A stretch of DNA of 64,000 nt from Vicinamibacteria bacterium (GCA_965199715.1 CBDATA010000001.1:32001-96000), one strand, 5' to 3'. Positions 18,089 to 27,844 are shown, counted from the stretch's first letter. The notes: generated by a model not told the origin, from the letters alone. Translations and numbers: made by a program.

Positions 18089-19015
18089 CTAGCCGGAATC
18101 GGCCCATAGCATACGGGCGACGCCCTCGTCCAGCGCAGTTCGGGCGCGGAAGCCGAGGATCCGCGCCGCCCGGCGGACGTCGGCGCGGGCGTGGCGGACG
18201 TCGCCGGGACGCAGCGGGGCGAACTTCGGCTCGGCCGTCGAACCCGACGCCCGGGCGATCCGCCGCCACAGGTCCAGCACCGAGGTCGATGCGCCGGTCC
18301 CGACGTTCACGACGGCGCCGCCCTCGCCCGACCGCGCCTTCGCGAGCGCGAGCCGCAGCGCGTCCACGACGTCCTCGACGAAGACGAAGTCGCGGGTCTG
18401 GCCGCCGTCGCCGTGGATCTCGGGGCGCTCGCCGATCCGCGCGACGTGGGAGAAACGGGCGAGGACTCCGGAGTACGAGCTGTCCGCCGGCTGGCCCGGC
18501 CCGTACACGTTGAAGAAGCGCAGCGCGACCGCGGACGGCCCGCCGGTGCGGTCGTGGAGGAGGACGTGCCGTTCGCCGGCGAGCTTGGTTGCGGCGTACG
18601 CCGACTCGGGGAAGAGCGGGGCGTCCTCGGGGATCGATCCGCCGTCGAAGCCGCCATACACCGCGCAGGACGACGCGTACGCGAGCGCCCGCACGCCCGC
18701 ACGCCGGGCTTCCTCCAGCACGACGAGGGTGCCGGCGACGTTCGAGCGGGCGGCGACCGCCGGCTCGAACTCGGCCCGGGGAACCGACGCCAGCGCCGCG
18801 AGGTGCGCCACTTCGGACACGCCCCGCATCGCCGCCCGCACCGCGTCCCGGCAGGCGACGTCCCCCTCCGCGATCTCGACGCCCGGGATCCCGTCGAGCC
18901 GCTCCCGGCTTCCCGTGGAAAAGTCGTCGAGCACCCGTACCGGGCCGCCCTCGCCCGCGATGCGCGCGGTGAGCGCCGACCCGATGAACCCGGCGCCGCC
19001 GGTGACGAGCGTCAC
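18089..19015 (-). CDS. NAD-dependent nucleotide-sugar epimerase/dehydratase (GalE-like SDR)
   Basis: LVTGGAGFIGS, YAATK (YxxxK), FFNVYGP, GGQTRDFVFV; start set at GTG 19015 because the upstream part of the ORF lies inside rnpB. Confidence 0.88.
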   Translation of the reverse strand: MTLVTGGAGFIGSALTARIAGEGGPVRVLDDFSTGSRERLDGIPGVEIAEGDVACRDAVRAAMRGVSEVAHLAALASVPRAEFEPAVAARSNVAGTLVVLEEARRAGVRALAYASSCAVYGGFDGGSIPEDAPLFPESAYAATKLAGERHVLLHDRTGGPSAVALRFFNVYGPGQPADSSYSGVLARFSHVARIGERPEIHGDGGQTRDFVFVEDVVDALRLALAKARSGEGGAVVNVGTGASTSVLDLWRRIARASGSTAEPKFAPLRPGDVRHARADVRRAARILGFRARTALDEGVARMLWADSG

Positions 19016-19033
19016 GCCGGCCGAATGCGGCTC

Positions 19034-19389
19034 GAGTCGCCCGTAAGCCGAATTCTGTTCTCCCCGGGAGGAGCGACGGTCATGCATCTAGCCCGGAGGT
19101 TGCCCCCCGGATCCAGCGACCTACCCGGAAGCTCGGACAGGCTGCCCTCGGGCGCTTCCCTATTTGGTCTTGCTCCGCGCGGGGTTTGCCGTGCCCCGGA
19201 CATCACTGCCCGAGCGGTGCGCTCTTACCGCACCTTTTCACCCTTGCCGCTTCCCGGAGGAAGAGGCGGTTTGTTTTCTGTGGCACTTTCCTTCCGGTCA
19301 CCCGGACTGGGCGTTACCCAGCGCGCTGCCTTGCGGAGTTCGGACTTTCCTCCCGCCCGCGAACGGGCCGGCGACCGCCTGGACGACTC
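19034..19389 (-). ncRNA. rnpB: RNase P RNA, bacterial type A
   Basis: Minus strand contains GAGGAAAGTCC, GGAAAGTGCCACAGAAA, GGGTGAAAAGGTGCGGTAAGAGCGCACCG, GGCAAACCCC, GAGCAAG, ACAGAATTCGGCTTA; ends GAGTCG/CGACTC pair as P1. Confidence 0.97.
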
Positions 19390-19404
19390 AAGCCGGGGCG
19401 AATG

Positions 19405-20184
19405 CTACCGCTTCGCCTCGCAGCCGGAGCCTTCGCAGACGACCGACACGGCGCCGCCGCACCCCTCGGCCACGATTCGAAGCTCGAGCGGCTCCGCGCC
19501 GGTCTCGAACCCCTCCGCCGGCCAGAAGACGTCCATCTCGTGCGCGAGGGACCCGGCGTCCCGCCGGACGCGCCAGCCGAGGATGCCGAACGCGGCCGAC
19601 GGCTCCGAGAACGCGTCGGCGTAGGGGCCGAGCAGGTCCAGCGCGGCGTCCTCGGCCCGTGGGTCCACTCCGATCGTGAGCGACGCCCGGTCGAACCGGT
19701 CGTCTTCGATGGAGACCGGGGCCGTCCCTCCGACCCGGACTCCCGGACACGCTGGGTACGGACCGTCCTCGATCACGACCCCGAGCGGCGCGGGCAGCGA
19801 ACCCGAGACTCCCGGGGACTCGGGGACGAGCGAGAGCCGCAACGTCTCCTCGCCCTCGGTGAGGAACGGGTCCGGAAGCGCCTCCAGCAGGACCCGCAGG
19901 TCGCCCCGGAGGTTCGCGCCCGACGGGATCGTCAAGGTTTCCGGCGCGAGCGTCCAGTCGTCCGCCGAAGCCGAGCCGGCGGCCGTGAGGCGCAGCGTCG
20001 CCGGCGCCGCCAGACTCGCAACCTCCCACGACACGCCGATTTCGGCCGTCTCGCCCTCGCCGAGTCGAACCTCGGCGGAGTCGAAGCGGACCGAGAACGA
20101 CGTGGACGGCGGAGCGGGCGCGGCGGGGCCGGCGCCGTCCCCGCAACCCAGCAGGAAGACGAGCGCGACCGGCGCGAACCTCAC
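19405..20184 (-). CDS. Hypothetical lipoprotein, possible Calx-beta/Ig-like domain
   Basis: Lipobox FLLGC; 'EGETAEI', 'GSASADDW', 'D..TEGEETLRLSL' resemble Calx-beta; GTGA overlap with upstream gene. Confidence 0.6.
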   Translation of the reverse strand: MRFAPVALVFLLGCGDGAGPAAPAPPSTSFSVRFDSAEVRLGEGETAEIGVSWEVASLAAPATLRLTAAGSASADDWTLAPETLTIPSGANLRGDLRVLLEALPDPFLTEGEETLRLSLVPESPGVSGSLPAPLGVVIEDGPYPACPGVRVGGTAPVSIEDDRFDRASLTIGVDPRAEDAALDLLGPYADAFSEPSAAFGILGWRVRRDAGSLAHEMDVFWPAEGFETGAEPLELRIVAEGCGGAVSVVCEGSGCEAKR

Positions 20185-21269
20185 GGTTCAACCTCCTCCG
20201 GCAGGGCGCGCAGCCGGATCGCGCCGGCGTCGCTCGTCTGGCCGGCGGCCACCGCGACCGGAGTCAGGAGGAACGTCTCGGCGGCGCCGAGGGTCATCCC
20301 CGCCCGGTAGAGGTCCCCATGCGCGCCCGGGTGCGTCGCGGAGCCGGCGGCGAGCAGGTACTCGCCCGGGGGCAGGCCCTCGATCGCGAAGGTTCCGTCC
20401 GCCCCGGCGAAGGCGGCCGCCGCCTCGCCGAGGCTCTCCCCCGCGATCCGGGTCGCCGTGACGCGTACGAACCGAGCCGGCGCCCCGTCCATCTCCACGA
20501 TCCCCGAAAGGCTTCCGACGGAGTTCCGCCAGCCCGGCGCCGGGCGCAGCAGGGACGCCCCGATCCGGTCGTCCGGAGTCAAGGAGACGCCCGACCCATA
20601 GGACATGACCGGATCTTCGGGGAACAGCGCGCTCGCGTCGGTGAGCTGGCCCCACTGGATCATCCGGGCGCTGAACGTGGGCAGCGTTCCGGCGTGCGAG
20701 AGGCCGATGCAGTGGCCCAGCTCGTGCGTCAGGACGCTCAGCGACACGTCCCGGTCCGAGAAGGCAAGCTGCCGGGGGTGCAGGTTGAGGTCGCACTCGC
20801 CGATCTCCCAGCGCTCGCCCGTCCACAGCCAGAGGATGGACGCGAACGAAAAGCCCAGATCCCACTCGGGGTCGTCCTCCCGGACGAGGCGCAGCATGTT
20901 GACGCGGTCGGCGGCGTTGCGGCGGTCCGGTTGGAGGCCGGAGTCGGTCCAGCGAACGTCCGCCGTGGGGATCGACGACCATTCCTCCATCCCGGTCCGG
21001 ACGAACCCGAGCGCCTCGTCCAGGCTCGAAAACGGCGGGTCCGTCATCGTCCCGTCCTCGCGCGTCCACGGGCTCGTCCATCCCGAACTCTCAGCGATTT
21101 CGAACGAGATCGAGCCGCCCGGCGGCCACGCGAGCTCGAGCCAGCGGCCGGCGGCGGCCGCGGCGGGAGCGTCCGGAGCCTCTCCGGCCCAAAAAAAGCG
21201 ATAGCCGGGCGCCTCGGCCGGAACCGACGCGAGGAGGAGCAGGACGGCGGCCCCGAGCGTCTTTCGCAC
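20181..21269 (-). CDS. Secreted matrixin-like (M10/metzincin) metalloprotease with C-terminal carboxypeptidase-regulatory-like domain
   Basis: HELGHCIGLSH zinc motif, Met-turn PVMSY, signal peptide from GTG 21269, ADGTFAIEGLPPGEY. Confidence 0.85.
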   Translation of the reverse strand: MRKTLGAAVLLLLASVPAEAPGYRFFWAGEAPDAPAAAAAGRWLELAWPPGGSISFEIAESSGWTSPWTREDGTMTDPPFSSLDEALGFVRTGMEEWSSIPTADVRWTDSGLQPDRRNAADRVNMLRLVREDDPEWDLGFSFASILWLWTGERWEIGECDLNLHPRQLAFSDRDVSLSVLTHELGHCIGLSHAGTLPTFSARMIQWGQLTDASALFPEDPVMSYGSGVSLTPDDRIGASLLRPAPGWRNSVGSLSGIVEMDGAPARFVRVTATRIAGESLGEAAAAFAGADGTFAIEGLPPGEYLLAAGSATHPGAHGDLYRAGMTLGAAETFLLTPVAVAAGQTSDAGAIRLRALPEEVEP

Positions 21270-21308
21270 GGTCTGAGGATAGGGCAAGTACCATCCTCGC
21301 CCTCATCC

Positions 21309-22160
21309 ATGCCCCGACCCGCCATCGCCTACCAGGGAGTCCCGGGCTCGTGGTCCGATCTCGCCTGCCGCGAGCGCTACCCGGACCATTATCCGCTCCC
21401 GTGCGCCACCTTCGCGGCGGCGGTGGCGGCGGTCCGGGGGAAGCGCGCCGCGCTCGCGATGATCCCGGTGGAGAACTCGGTCGCCGGGCCGGTCGCCGAG
21501 ATCCACCGCCTCCTTCCCGCGTCGGACCTCGTCGTCGTCGGGGAGAGGTTCCAGCCGGTGCGGCATCAGCTTCTCGGACTGCCGGGCGCTTCGATCGAGG
21601 GGCTGCGGACCGTCCACAGCCACGAGCACGCGCTGGCGCAGTGCCGCAAGCTGATCCGGCGGCTGGAGCTCGCCCCGGTGATCGAGGCCGACACCGCGGG
21701 CGCCGCGGCCCGGGTCGCCGCCGGCGGCGATCCGTCGCAGGGCGCGCTCGCCTCCCCGCTGGCGGCCGAGCTCCACGGTCTCTCGATCCTCGAGGCGGAC
21801 GTGGCCGACTCCCCCACGAACACCACCCGCTTCCTCGTGATGGCGCGCGAGGCCGCGCCGCTCGCGCCCGGAGAGGCCATACTCACGAGCCTCTCCTTCG
21901 AGGTGCGGAACATCCCGGCCGCGCTCTACCGGGCGCTCGGCGCGTTCGCGACGAACGGCGTGAACATGGTCCGCCTCGAGAGCACGATGCTCGACCGCTC
22001 GTTCGCCTCGACCCGCTTCTTCTGCGAGATCTCCGGCGGTCCGGCGGACCCCGAGGTCGGGCGGGCGCTCGAGGAGCTGTGCTACTTCTCTACCTCGGTG
22101 ACGGTGCTGGGCTCCTATCCGGCCGACCCGATCCGCGGCCGCAACGCCGGAAGGACCTAG
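21309..22160 (+). CDS. pheA: Prephenate dehydratase
   Basis: IAYQG, PVENS, SHEHALAQC, NTTRF, ACT domain PAALY...NGVNMVRLES. Confidence 0.92.
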   Translation: MPRPAIAYQGVPGSWSDLACRERYPDHYPLPCATFAAAVAAVRGKRAALAMIPVENSVAGPVAEIHRLLPASDLVVVGERFQPVRHQLLGLPGASIEGLRTVHSHEHALAQCRKLIRRLELAPVIEADTAGAAARVAAGGDPSQGALASPLAAELHGLSILEADVADSPTNTTRFLVMAREAAPLAPGEAILTSLSFEVRNIPAALYRALGAFATNGVNMVRLESTMLDRSFASTRFFCEISGGPADPEVGRALEELCYFSTSVTVLGSYPADPIRGRNAGRT

Positions 22161-23521
22161 GCGAGCTTCCGGTCGAGCTCCGCGACCGGAATCCCGAGGC
22201 TCGCGGCGGCGCGCTCCCGGTCGCCCGCGCAGTCGGCGAGGCGCCGCTCGACGAATCCCCGCTCCGCTCGCGCCAGCCAGGCGTCGAGCCGCTCGTCCGA
22301 CTCGGACGCGGGGATCATGTCGAGGTGCTCCCGCACGTCCTCCTCGGCGACCTCCTCGCCCGGGGCCAGGATCAGCAGGCGCTCCACGAGGTTGCGCAGC
22401 TCGCGCACGTTCCCCGGGAACCGGTGCCGGGCGAGGAGCTTCATGGCGCCGGGCGCGAAGCGGCGCGGCTCGGCTCCTTCCGGGGCCAGGAGCGCGGCGG
22501 AATGGGCGACGAGCAGCGGGATGTCCTCCGGACGCTCGCGCAGCGACGGCATCCGGATGGGCACGACTTCGAGCCGGTGGAGGAGGTCGTTGCGGAACGC
22601 GCCGCCGCGAAGGTCCTGGTTGGTGGCGGAGAGCACGCGGACATCCACCTCGATGCTCCGCGAGCCGCCGACCCGGCTGATCCGGCTCTCCTCCAGTGCG
22701 CGCAGCACCTTGGCCTGGGTTCGGGCGCTCATGTCGCCGACCTCGTCGAGGAAGAGCGTGCCGCCGTTCGCCTGCTCGAACTTGCCGATGCGCTGGCGGT
22801 GGGCCCCGGTGTAGGCGCCCCGTTCGGCGCCGAACAGCTCGCTCTCGATGAGCTCCTCGGGGATCGCCGCGCAGTTCACCTCGACGAACGGCGCGTCGGC
22901 GCGGGGGCCGCCATCGTGGATCAGACGGGCGACGACCTCCTTCCCGGTCCCCGACTCGCCGGTGACGAGCACGCGGACGTCCACCGGAGCCACCCGGCGG
23001 ATCCGCTCGCGGACCGCCTCCATGGCCGCGGACGCGCCGACTAGGCGGCGGCGGGCGCCCTCCCGGCTGCGGTGCGCGTCGAGTTCCCGCTCCAGCTCGC
23101 GCTTCTCCTCGGCGAGCCGCTTCCGCTCGAGGACCGCCGCCTTCTCGAGCGCGACGCGAAGGCGCGCGCCGATGTCGCCGCTGCACCCCTTCTCCAGGAA
23201 GTGCGCGGCGCCGGCGTCGATGGCGCGCACCGCGGTCTCGATGTCCCCGTGGGCCGTGTGCATCGCCACCGCGATCGACGGGTCGCGCTCGCGGATGCGC
23301 CGGAGCACCTCCATCCCGTCCATTCCGGGCATCTTGACGTCGAGCACGACGAGGTCCGGGACCTCCTTGTCCAGCGAGGCGAGCGCCTCGGCTCCCGACG
23401 CGGCCTCGGCGACCCGCCACCCCTCGTAGCGGAGCCGGCGCCGCAGCGACCTCCGGATCATCGCCTCGTCATCGACCACGAGCACGAGGATCTCGGACTC
23501 CGCCGCCGGTCGGTCGGGCAT
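22157..23521 (-). CDS. Sigma54-dependent response regulator (NtrC/NtrX-type)
   Basis: REC domain (VVDDE, LDVKMP), GESGTGKE, ESELFG, GAYTGA, LFLDEVG, FPGNVRELRN. Confidence 0.92.
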   Translation of the reverse strand: MPDRPAAESEILVLVVDDEAMIRRSLRRRLRYEGWRVAEAASGAEALASLDKEVPDLVVLDVKMPGMDGMEVLRRIRERDPSIAVAMHTAHGDIETAVRAIDAGAAHFLEKGCSGDIGARLRVALEKAAVLERKRLAEEKRELERELDAHRSREGARRRLVGASAAMEAVRERIRRVAPVDVRVLVTGESGTGKEVVARLIHDGGPRADAPFVEVNCAAIPEELIESELFGAERGAYTGAHRQRIGKFEQANGGTLFLDEVGDMSARTQAKVLRALEESRISRVGGSRSIEVDVRVLSATNQDLRGGAFRNDLLHRLEVVPIRMPSLRERPEDIPLLVAHSAALLAPEGAEPRRFAPGAMKLLARHRFPGNVRELRNLVERLLILAPGEEVAEEDVREHLDMIPASESDERLDAWLARAERGFVERRLADCAGDRERAAASLGIPVAELDRKLA

Positions 23522-23540
23522 TCCGAAATGGTAGGGCGGG

Positions 23541-24527
23541 CTAGCGGTCGCGCGCGACCACGTATTCCGCGACCGCGGCGAGCGCGTCCCGGAACGGGGA
23601 CGGCGGGATCGCCGCCAGCGAGTCCCCGGCGGCGCGGGCGTATTCCGCGGCCACCCGGCGCGCTTCCGCGAGCCCCCCGGTGCGCTCCACGAGGTGGAGG
23701 ATGCGCCCGGCGTCGTCGTCGTCCAGCTTGCCGCTCCCGACGACCTCCTCCACGAGGCCCGCCGACTCGGGCTCGCGCTCCAGCGCGTGGAGCACCGGGA
23801 GGGTGAGGTGTCCGTCCTTCAGGTCGGAGAGCACCGGCTTCCCCACGTCCGCCGCGCGGGCGGTGAAGTCGAAGAGGTCGTCGGCGACCTGGAAGGCCAT
23901 CCCGAGATTCATGCCGTAGTCGCCGAGCGCGTTCTCGGTCGCGGCGTCCGCGCCGCCGACCACAGCGCCGATGCGCCCGCAGCCCTGGAAGAGGTACGCG
24001 GTCTTGAGCTGGAGGATCCGCAGGTGCTCCTCGCGGGTCAGCCCGATGGCCCCGCCCCGCATCATCTCCAGCAGCATGCCCTCGATCATCCGCTTGGTCA
24101 GGTCGCACACCATCCCGACGATCCGCAGATCCCCGGCGTCCGCCGCCATCGCGATCGAGCGGATGTAGAGGTAGTCGCCGATCAGGACGGTCAGGTCGTC
24201 GCCGAGCATGTGGTTCAGCGAGTCCTTGCCGCGGCGGGTGTCCGCCTGGTCCACGATGTCGTCGTGGACCAGCGTGGCCGTGTGGCACATCTCGACCACC
24301 GAGCCGTACAGCGCGGCGCGCCGGCTGTCGCCGCCCACGGCCTTCGCGGCCAGCACCACGATCATGGGCCGGAGGCGCTTGCCGCCGCTGCGGTGGATGT
24401 AACGGTTGGCTCCCTCGATGAGCTGGAGCCGGCTGCCCACGATCTTGGCGAGGATGCGATCGACCTCGGCCAGTTCGCCCTCGAGCGCGGCCTCGATCTG
24501 CGGAAGCGGGTTGACCGGGCCGGACAT
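23541..24527 (-). CDS. ispB: Polyprenyl (octa/heptaprenyl) diphosphate synthase
   Basis: GGKRLRP, HDDIVD...RRG, KTA, FQVADDLFD, GKP. Confidence 0.9.
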   Translation of the reverse strand: MSGPVNPLPQIEAALEGELAEVDRILAKIVGSRLQLIEGANRYIHRSGGKRLRPMIVVLAAKAVGGDSRRAALYGSVVEMCHTATLVHDDIVDQADTRRGKDSLNHMLGDDLTVLIGDYLYIRSIAMAADAGDLRIVGMVCDLTKRMIEGMLLEMMRGGAIGLTREEHLRILQLKTAYLFQGCGRIGAVVGGADAATENALGDYGMNLGMAFQVADDLFDFTARAADVGKPVLSDLKDGHLTLPVLHALEREPESAGLVEEVVGSGKLDDDDAGRILHLVERTGGLAEARRVAAEYARAAGDSLAAIPPSPFRDALAAVAEYVVARDR

Positions 24528-24539
24528 CGGAGGCCGCAA

Positions 24540-25376
24540 TTATCGCCGCGGAGAGCCGTTCGGCCCGTCCAAGAGACCGAAGAAACGCGAGAAATTCGCG
24601 TCGGTGGCCGCTTCCAGCTCGTCCGGCGCGAGCCCCGTCGCCGCCGCGAGGACGCGAGCCGTCTCGACGACGCGCATGGGTTCGTTCCGCCGCCCCCGGA
24701 ACGGCGCCGGGGTCAGGTACGGGCAGTCGGTCTCGACGAGCAGCCGCTCGACCGAGACCGCGGCCGCGATCTCGCGCAGGTCCCCGGCGTTCCGGAAGGT
24801 CAGGATTCCCGAGAACGAAATCAGGAACCCGCGCTCCACCGCGGCGTCGGCGAGCCGCCTCGTGGCGGTGAAGCAATGCATGATGGCCCCGGCGTCGGCA
24901 AGTCCCTCCTCGTCGGCGATCCGCAGGAAGTCGTCCTCGGCGTCGCGGTGGTGCACCACGACCGGAAGCCCGAGCTCCCTCGCGACCCGGATCTGGCGGC
25001 GGAAGGCGTCGCGCTGCTGCGGCCGCGGACTCAGGTCGTAGTGGTAATCGAGCCCGACCTCGCCGATCGCGAGCAGGCGCGCCCGGTCCGCCCGGCGGGA
25101 GAGGGCCTCTTCCCCGCCGGTCTCGTCGAAGCGGCTGGCGTCATGCGGGTGGCAGCCGACCGTGGTCCATAGCTCGGGAAGCTCGGGGTCGCCGTGGTCC
25201 TCGCCGTCCGGATGCAGGCGATCCACGAGGCCGAAGGCGCGTTCCCAGCTCTCGCGCTCGTCCAGCATGCCGATGGAGACGATGCGCCCGACTCCGGCGG
25301 CGCGGGCGTTGCGCAGCACGTCGTCGCGGTCGGCGTCGAACTCCGGGGCGTCGAGATGCGCGTGCGAATCGGTCAT
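24540..25376 (-). CDS. tatD: TatD-family nuclease
   Basis: DSHAHL, GCHPH, IGEVGLDY, MHCF, ETDCPYL. Confidence 0.93.
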   Translation of the reverse strand: MTDSHAHLDAPEFDADRDDVLRNARAAGVGRIVSIGMLDERESWERAFGLVDRLHPDGEDHGDPELPELWTTVGCHPHDASRFDETGGEEALSRRADRARLLAIGEVGLDYHYDLSPRPQQRDAFRRQIRVARELGLPVVVHHRDAEDDFLRIADEEGLADAGAIMHCFTATRRLADAAVERGFLISFSGILTFRNAGDLREIAAAVSVERLLVETDCPYLTPAPFRGRRNEPMRVVETARVLAAATGLAPDELEAATDANFSRFFGLLDGPNGSPRR

Positions 25377-26551
25377 GCGTCCAGCGTTCCGGCGGCGGTC
25401 AGCGCGAGGCGGTACACCTCCTTCAGGGGAACCCCGGAGGCCGCGGCGAGCGCCCGGCAGTCCTCGTGCTCGGGAGCCCGGTTGACGAGCCGCCCGTTCC
25501 GCAATCCGAGCTTCACCCGCACCTCGCCCCAGGGAGTCGAGACCGACGCGATCCGGCGCTCGAGGATCTCGCGCTCGACGGCGCGGAACCGGAGGCCGAG
25601 GGTGCTGCTCTCGTCGAAGAGCGCCGCGGCGACCGCCTCCCGTCGGCTCTGGGGGACGAGCGCTGACGCGACCATGCCGGGGCGGCCCTTCTTCATCTGG
25701 GCCGGGGTGAGCCAGGCGTCCACGGCGCCGGCCTCGAGCAGCCGGTCCAGCAAGTGCGGCGCGATCTCGGGGAGAAGGTCGTCCAGATTGGCCTCGATCA
25801 CGACCATGCCGCTTGGTTCGCCCCCGTCCGACGGATCGTCCGGCCCGGCGCCGAGCACCATCCGCAGCGCGTTCGGACGCTCGGAGCGGTCGGCGACGCC
25901 GAGGCCGTAGCCGATGCGGCGCGGCGTGAATTCCGGCCAGCCGGTGAAGGCGTCCACGAGCCCGGCGAGGACCGCTCCAGTGGGGGTCGTCCGCTCGAAG
26001 CCGGAGCCGTCCGAAAACGTCGGGACTCCCTCGAGCAGGAGCGCCGTCGCGGGCGCGGGAATCTGAAGCCTCCCGTGCTCGGTCGTCACCGAGCCGCTTC
26101 CGACGTTGACGGCCGTCCCGACCACGCGATCGGGCCGCAGTGCGCGGACTCCGGCGACGGACCCCACCACGTCCACGAGCGTGTCCAGCGACCCGAGTTC
26201 ATGGAGGTGGACCTCGTCGGGCGCCTTGCCGTGGACGCCGCCCTCGGCCTTGAAAATCCGGCGCAGGAGGCGGGCCGAAGTCTCGCGGACCCCGTCGTCG
26301 AGCGCGCTCTCGTCGAGCGCTCCGAGGAAGTCGGACAGGTGGCGGTAGCCGCGGTCGCCGGGCGCCTCGACGGTGACCTTGAGGCCGCGGATTCCGCCCC
26401 GCGACGACTCGGAGACCGCGATCGAAGCCGGAACGCCGAGCGCCGCGACCGTCTCCCGCAGCTCCTGAAGCGGCCAGCCGACATCGAGGAGCGCTCCCAG
26501 CATCATGTCGCCGGAGAGCCCGGCCGAGCCGTCGATCCACAGAATCCGCAT
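25373..26551 (-). CDS. larC: Nickel-pincer cofactor biosynthesis protein LarC
   Basis: GLSGDMMLGAL, AEGGVHG, VHLHELG, TPTGA, EANLDD, MKKGRPG, PEHED. Confidence 0.92.
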   Translation of the reverse strand: MRILWIDGSAGLSGDMMLGALLDVGWPLQELRETVAALGVPASIAVSESSRGGIRGLKVTVEAPGDRGYRHLSDFLGALDESALDDGVRETSARLLRRIFKAEGGVHGKAPDEVHLHELGSLDTLVDVVGSVAGVRALRPDRVVGTAVNVGSGSVTTEHGRLQIPAPATALLLEGVPTFSDGSGFERTTPTGAVLAGLVDAFTGWPEFTPRRIGYGLGVADRSERPNALRMVLGAGPDDPSDGGEPSGMVVIEANLDDLLPEIAPHLLDRLLEAGAVDAWLTPAQMKKGRPGMVASALVPQSRREAVAAALFDESSTLGLRFRAVEREILERRIASVSTPWGEVRVKLGLRNGRLVNRAPEHEDCRALAAASGVPLKEVYRLALTAAGTLDA

Positions 26552-26639
26552 CTACGTTCGCGGGGATTCTAGAGAGGGAACCGGGCCGGATACGCTATGC
26601 GCCGTTGCCGAACCCCTGCATTCCGGCCTGGCGGACGCG

Positions 26640-27116
26640 GTGACGGGCCCCACCGAGGGAGCGGCCCGAGTTCGCGAGGAGGCCTTTCTCCGTCTCCGCG
26701 CCTTCACGAGGCGGCGCGAGCTCAAGAACTCGCAGCGGCGGGACCTGATCCTCGACTGCTTCCTGACGCTGCCGGGTCACGTCTCGGCCGCCGACGTGCA
26801 CGATGCGATCCGGCGCGAGCACCCCTCGATCGGACGCACGACGGTGTATCGGGCGCTGCGGGTCTTCTGCGAGGCGGGGATCGCGACCTCGCTCGAGCTT
26901 CGGGACGGGGTCGCCCGCTTCGAGCCGGCGCTCTTCCGCGGGCACCACGACCACCTGATCTGCCTGAAGTGCGGGCGCATCGACGAGTTCCTGTCCCCCG
27001 AGGTGGAGCGCCAGCAGGAGGAGATCGCGGAGCGACAGGGGTTCCGGCTCGTGTCCCACCGCCACCAGCTCTACGGCGTGTGCGGCGCCTGCCGGCAGGC
27101 CGAGCCCGACGCCTGA
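26640..27116 (+). CDS. Fur-family metalloregulator (start uncertain)
   Basis: QRRDLIL, HVSA, IGRTTVYRAL, HHDHLICLKCG, LYGVCGAC. Confidence 0.88.
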   Translation: MTGPTEGAARVREEAFLRLRAFTRRRELKNSQRRDLILDCFLTLPGHVSAADVHDAIRREHPSIGRTTVYRALRVFCEAGIATSLELRDGVARFEPALFRGHHDHLICLKCGRIDEFLSPEVERQQEEIAERQGFRLVSHRHQLYGVCGACRQAEPDA

Positions 27117-27118
27117 CC

Positions 27119-27844
27119 TCAGAGGAGCCCCGCCTCCCCGAAGCTGTACCAGTCGCCGCATCCGAGCACGATGTGGTCGAGGATCGGGATCCCGACCAGC
27201 TCCCCCACCTCGCGCAGCCGGTCGGTGATCCGGCGGTCGGCGTCCGAAGGGCTCGGGTTGCCCGACGGGTGGTTGTGGAACAGGACGACGGACGCGGCCT
27301 GATACGCCACCGCGATCCGGAACAGGTCGCGCGGATGCACGAGGGCGCCGGTGAGCGACCCCTTCGAGATGATCTCGCAGCGGACGAGACAGCCGCGGGT
27401 GTCGAGCAGCAGGACGCCGAACTCCTCCACGTCCCCGTTGCCGTACCGGGAGATGAGGAACTCGGCCGCCTCGCGCGGACTCCGGAAGCACGGCACCCGC
27501 CCGTCGCTGCTCCACGCGGCGCGGCGGCCCAGTTCGAGCGCGGCGGCGAGCCGCACGAGACGGCCCCGCGAAACCCCGCGAAACCTCGCGATTTCCGCGA
27601 GCGGCGTCTGTCCGAGCCGGTTCACGCCGCCGCAGTGTTCGAGGATTTCCCCGGCGACGCCGGACTCGGCGGCGCCCAGCACGAGGTTCAGCAGATCCTC
27701 GTTGCCGAGCGAGCCAGCCCCCTGCTCGAGGAGACGGTCCGACGGGGCGTCGGGCGCCCAACGGCGGCGGCGCTTGGGGGGCCGCGAAGGCCAGACGGGA
27801 GTCCTTTCGAGGACTCGCTTGACGGCGGGGCGGGCCTTCCGCAC
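27119..27844 (-). CDS. radC: RadC/JAB-domain protein
   Basis: EEFGVLLLD, GSLTGALVHPRD, HNHPSGNPSPS..D, ILDHIVLG. Confidence 0.9.
   Translation of the reverse strand: MRKARPAVKRVLERTPVWPSRPPKRRRRWAPDAPSDRLLEQGAGSLGNEDLLNLVLGAAESGVAGEILEHCGGVNRLGQTPLAEIARFRGVSRGRLVRLAAALELGRRAAWSSDGRVPCFRSPREAAEFLISRYGNGDVEEFGVLLLDTRGCLVRCEIISKGSLTGALVHPRDLFRIAVAYQAASVVLFHNHPSGNPSPSDADRRITDRLREVGELVGIPILDHIVLGCGDWYSFGEAGLL

Noticed and set aside
19016-19087. N-terminal extension of the epimerase ORF to 19087
   Set aside because: Lies inside RNase P RNA and has no SDR similarity
27119-27844. radC as a mobile-element marker
   Set aside because: Full-length chromosomal type with N-terminal HhH region; no mobile genes nearby
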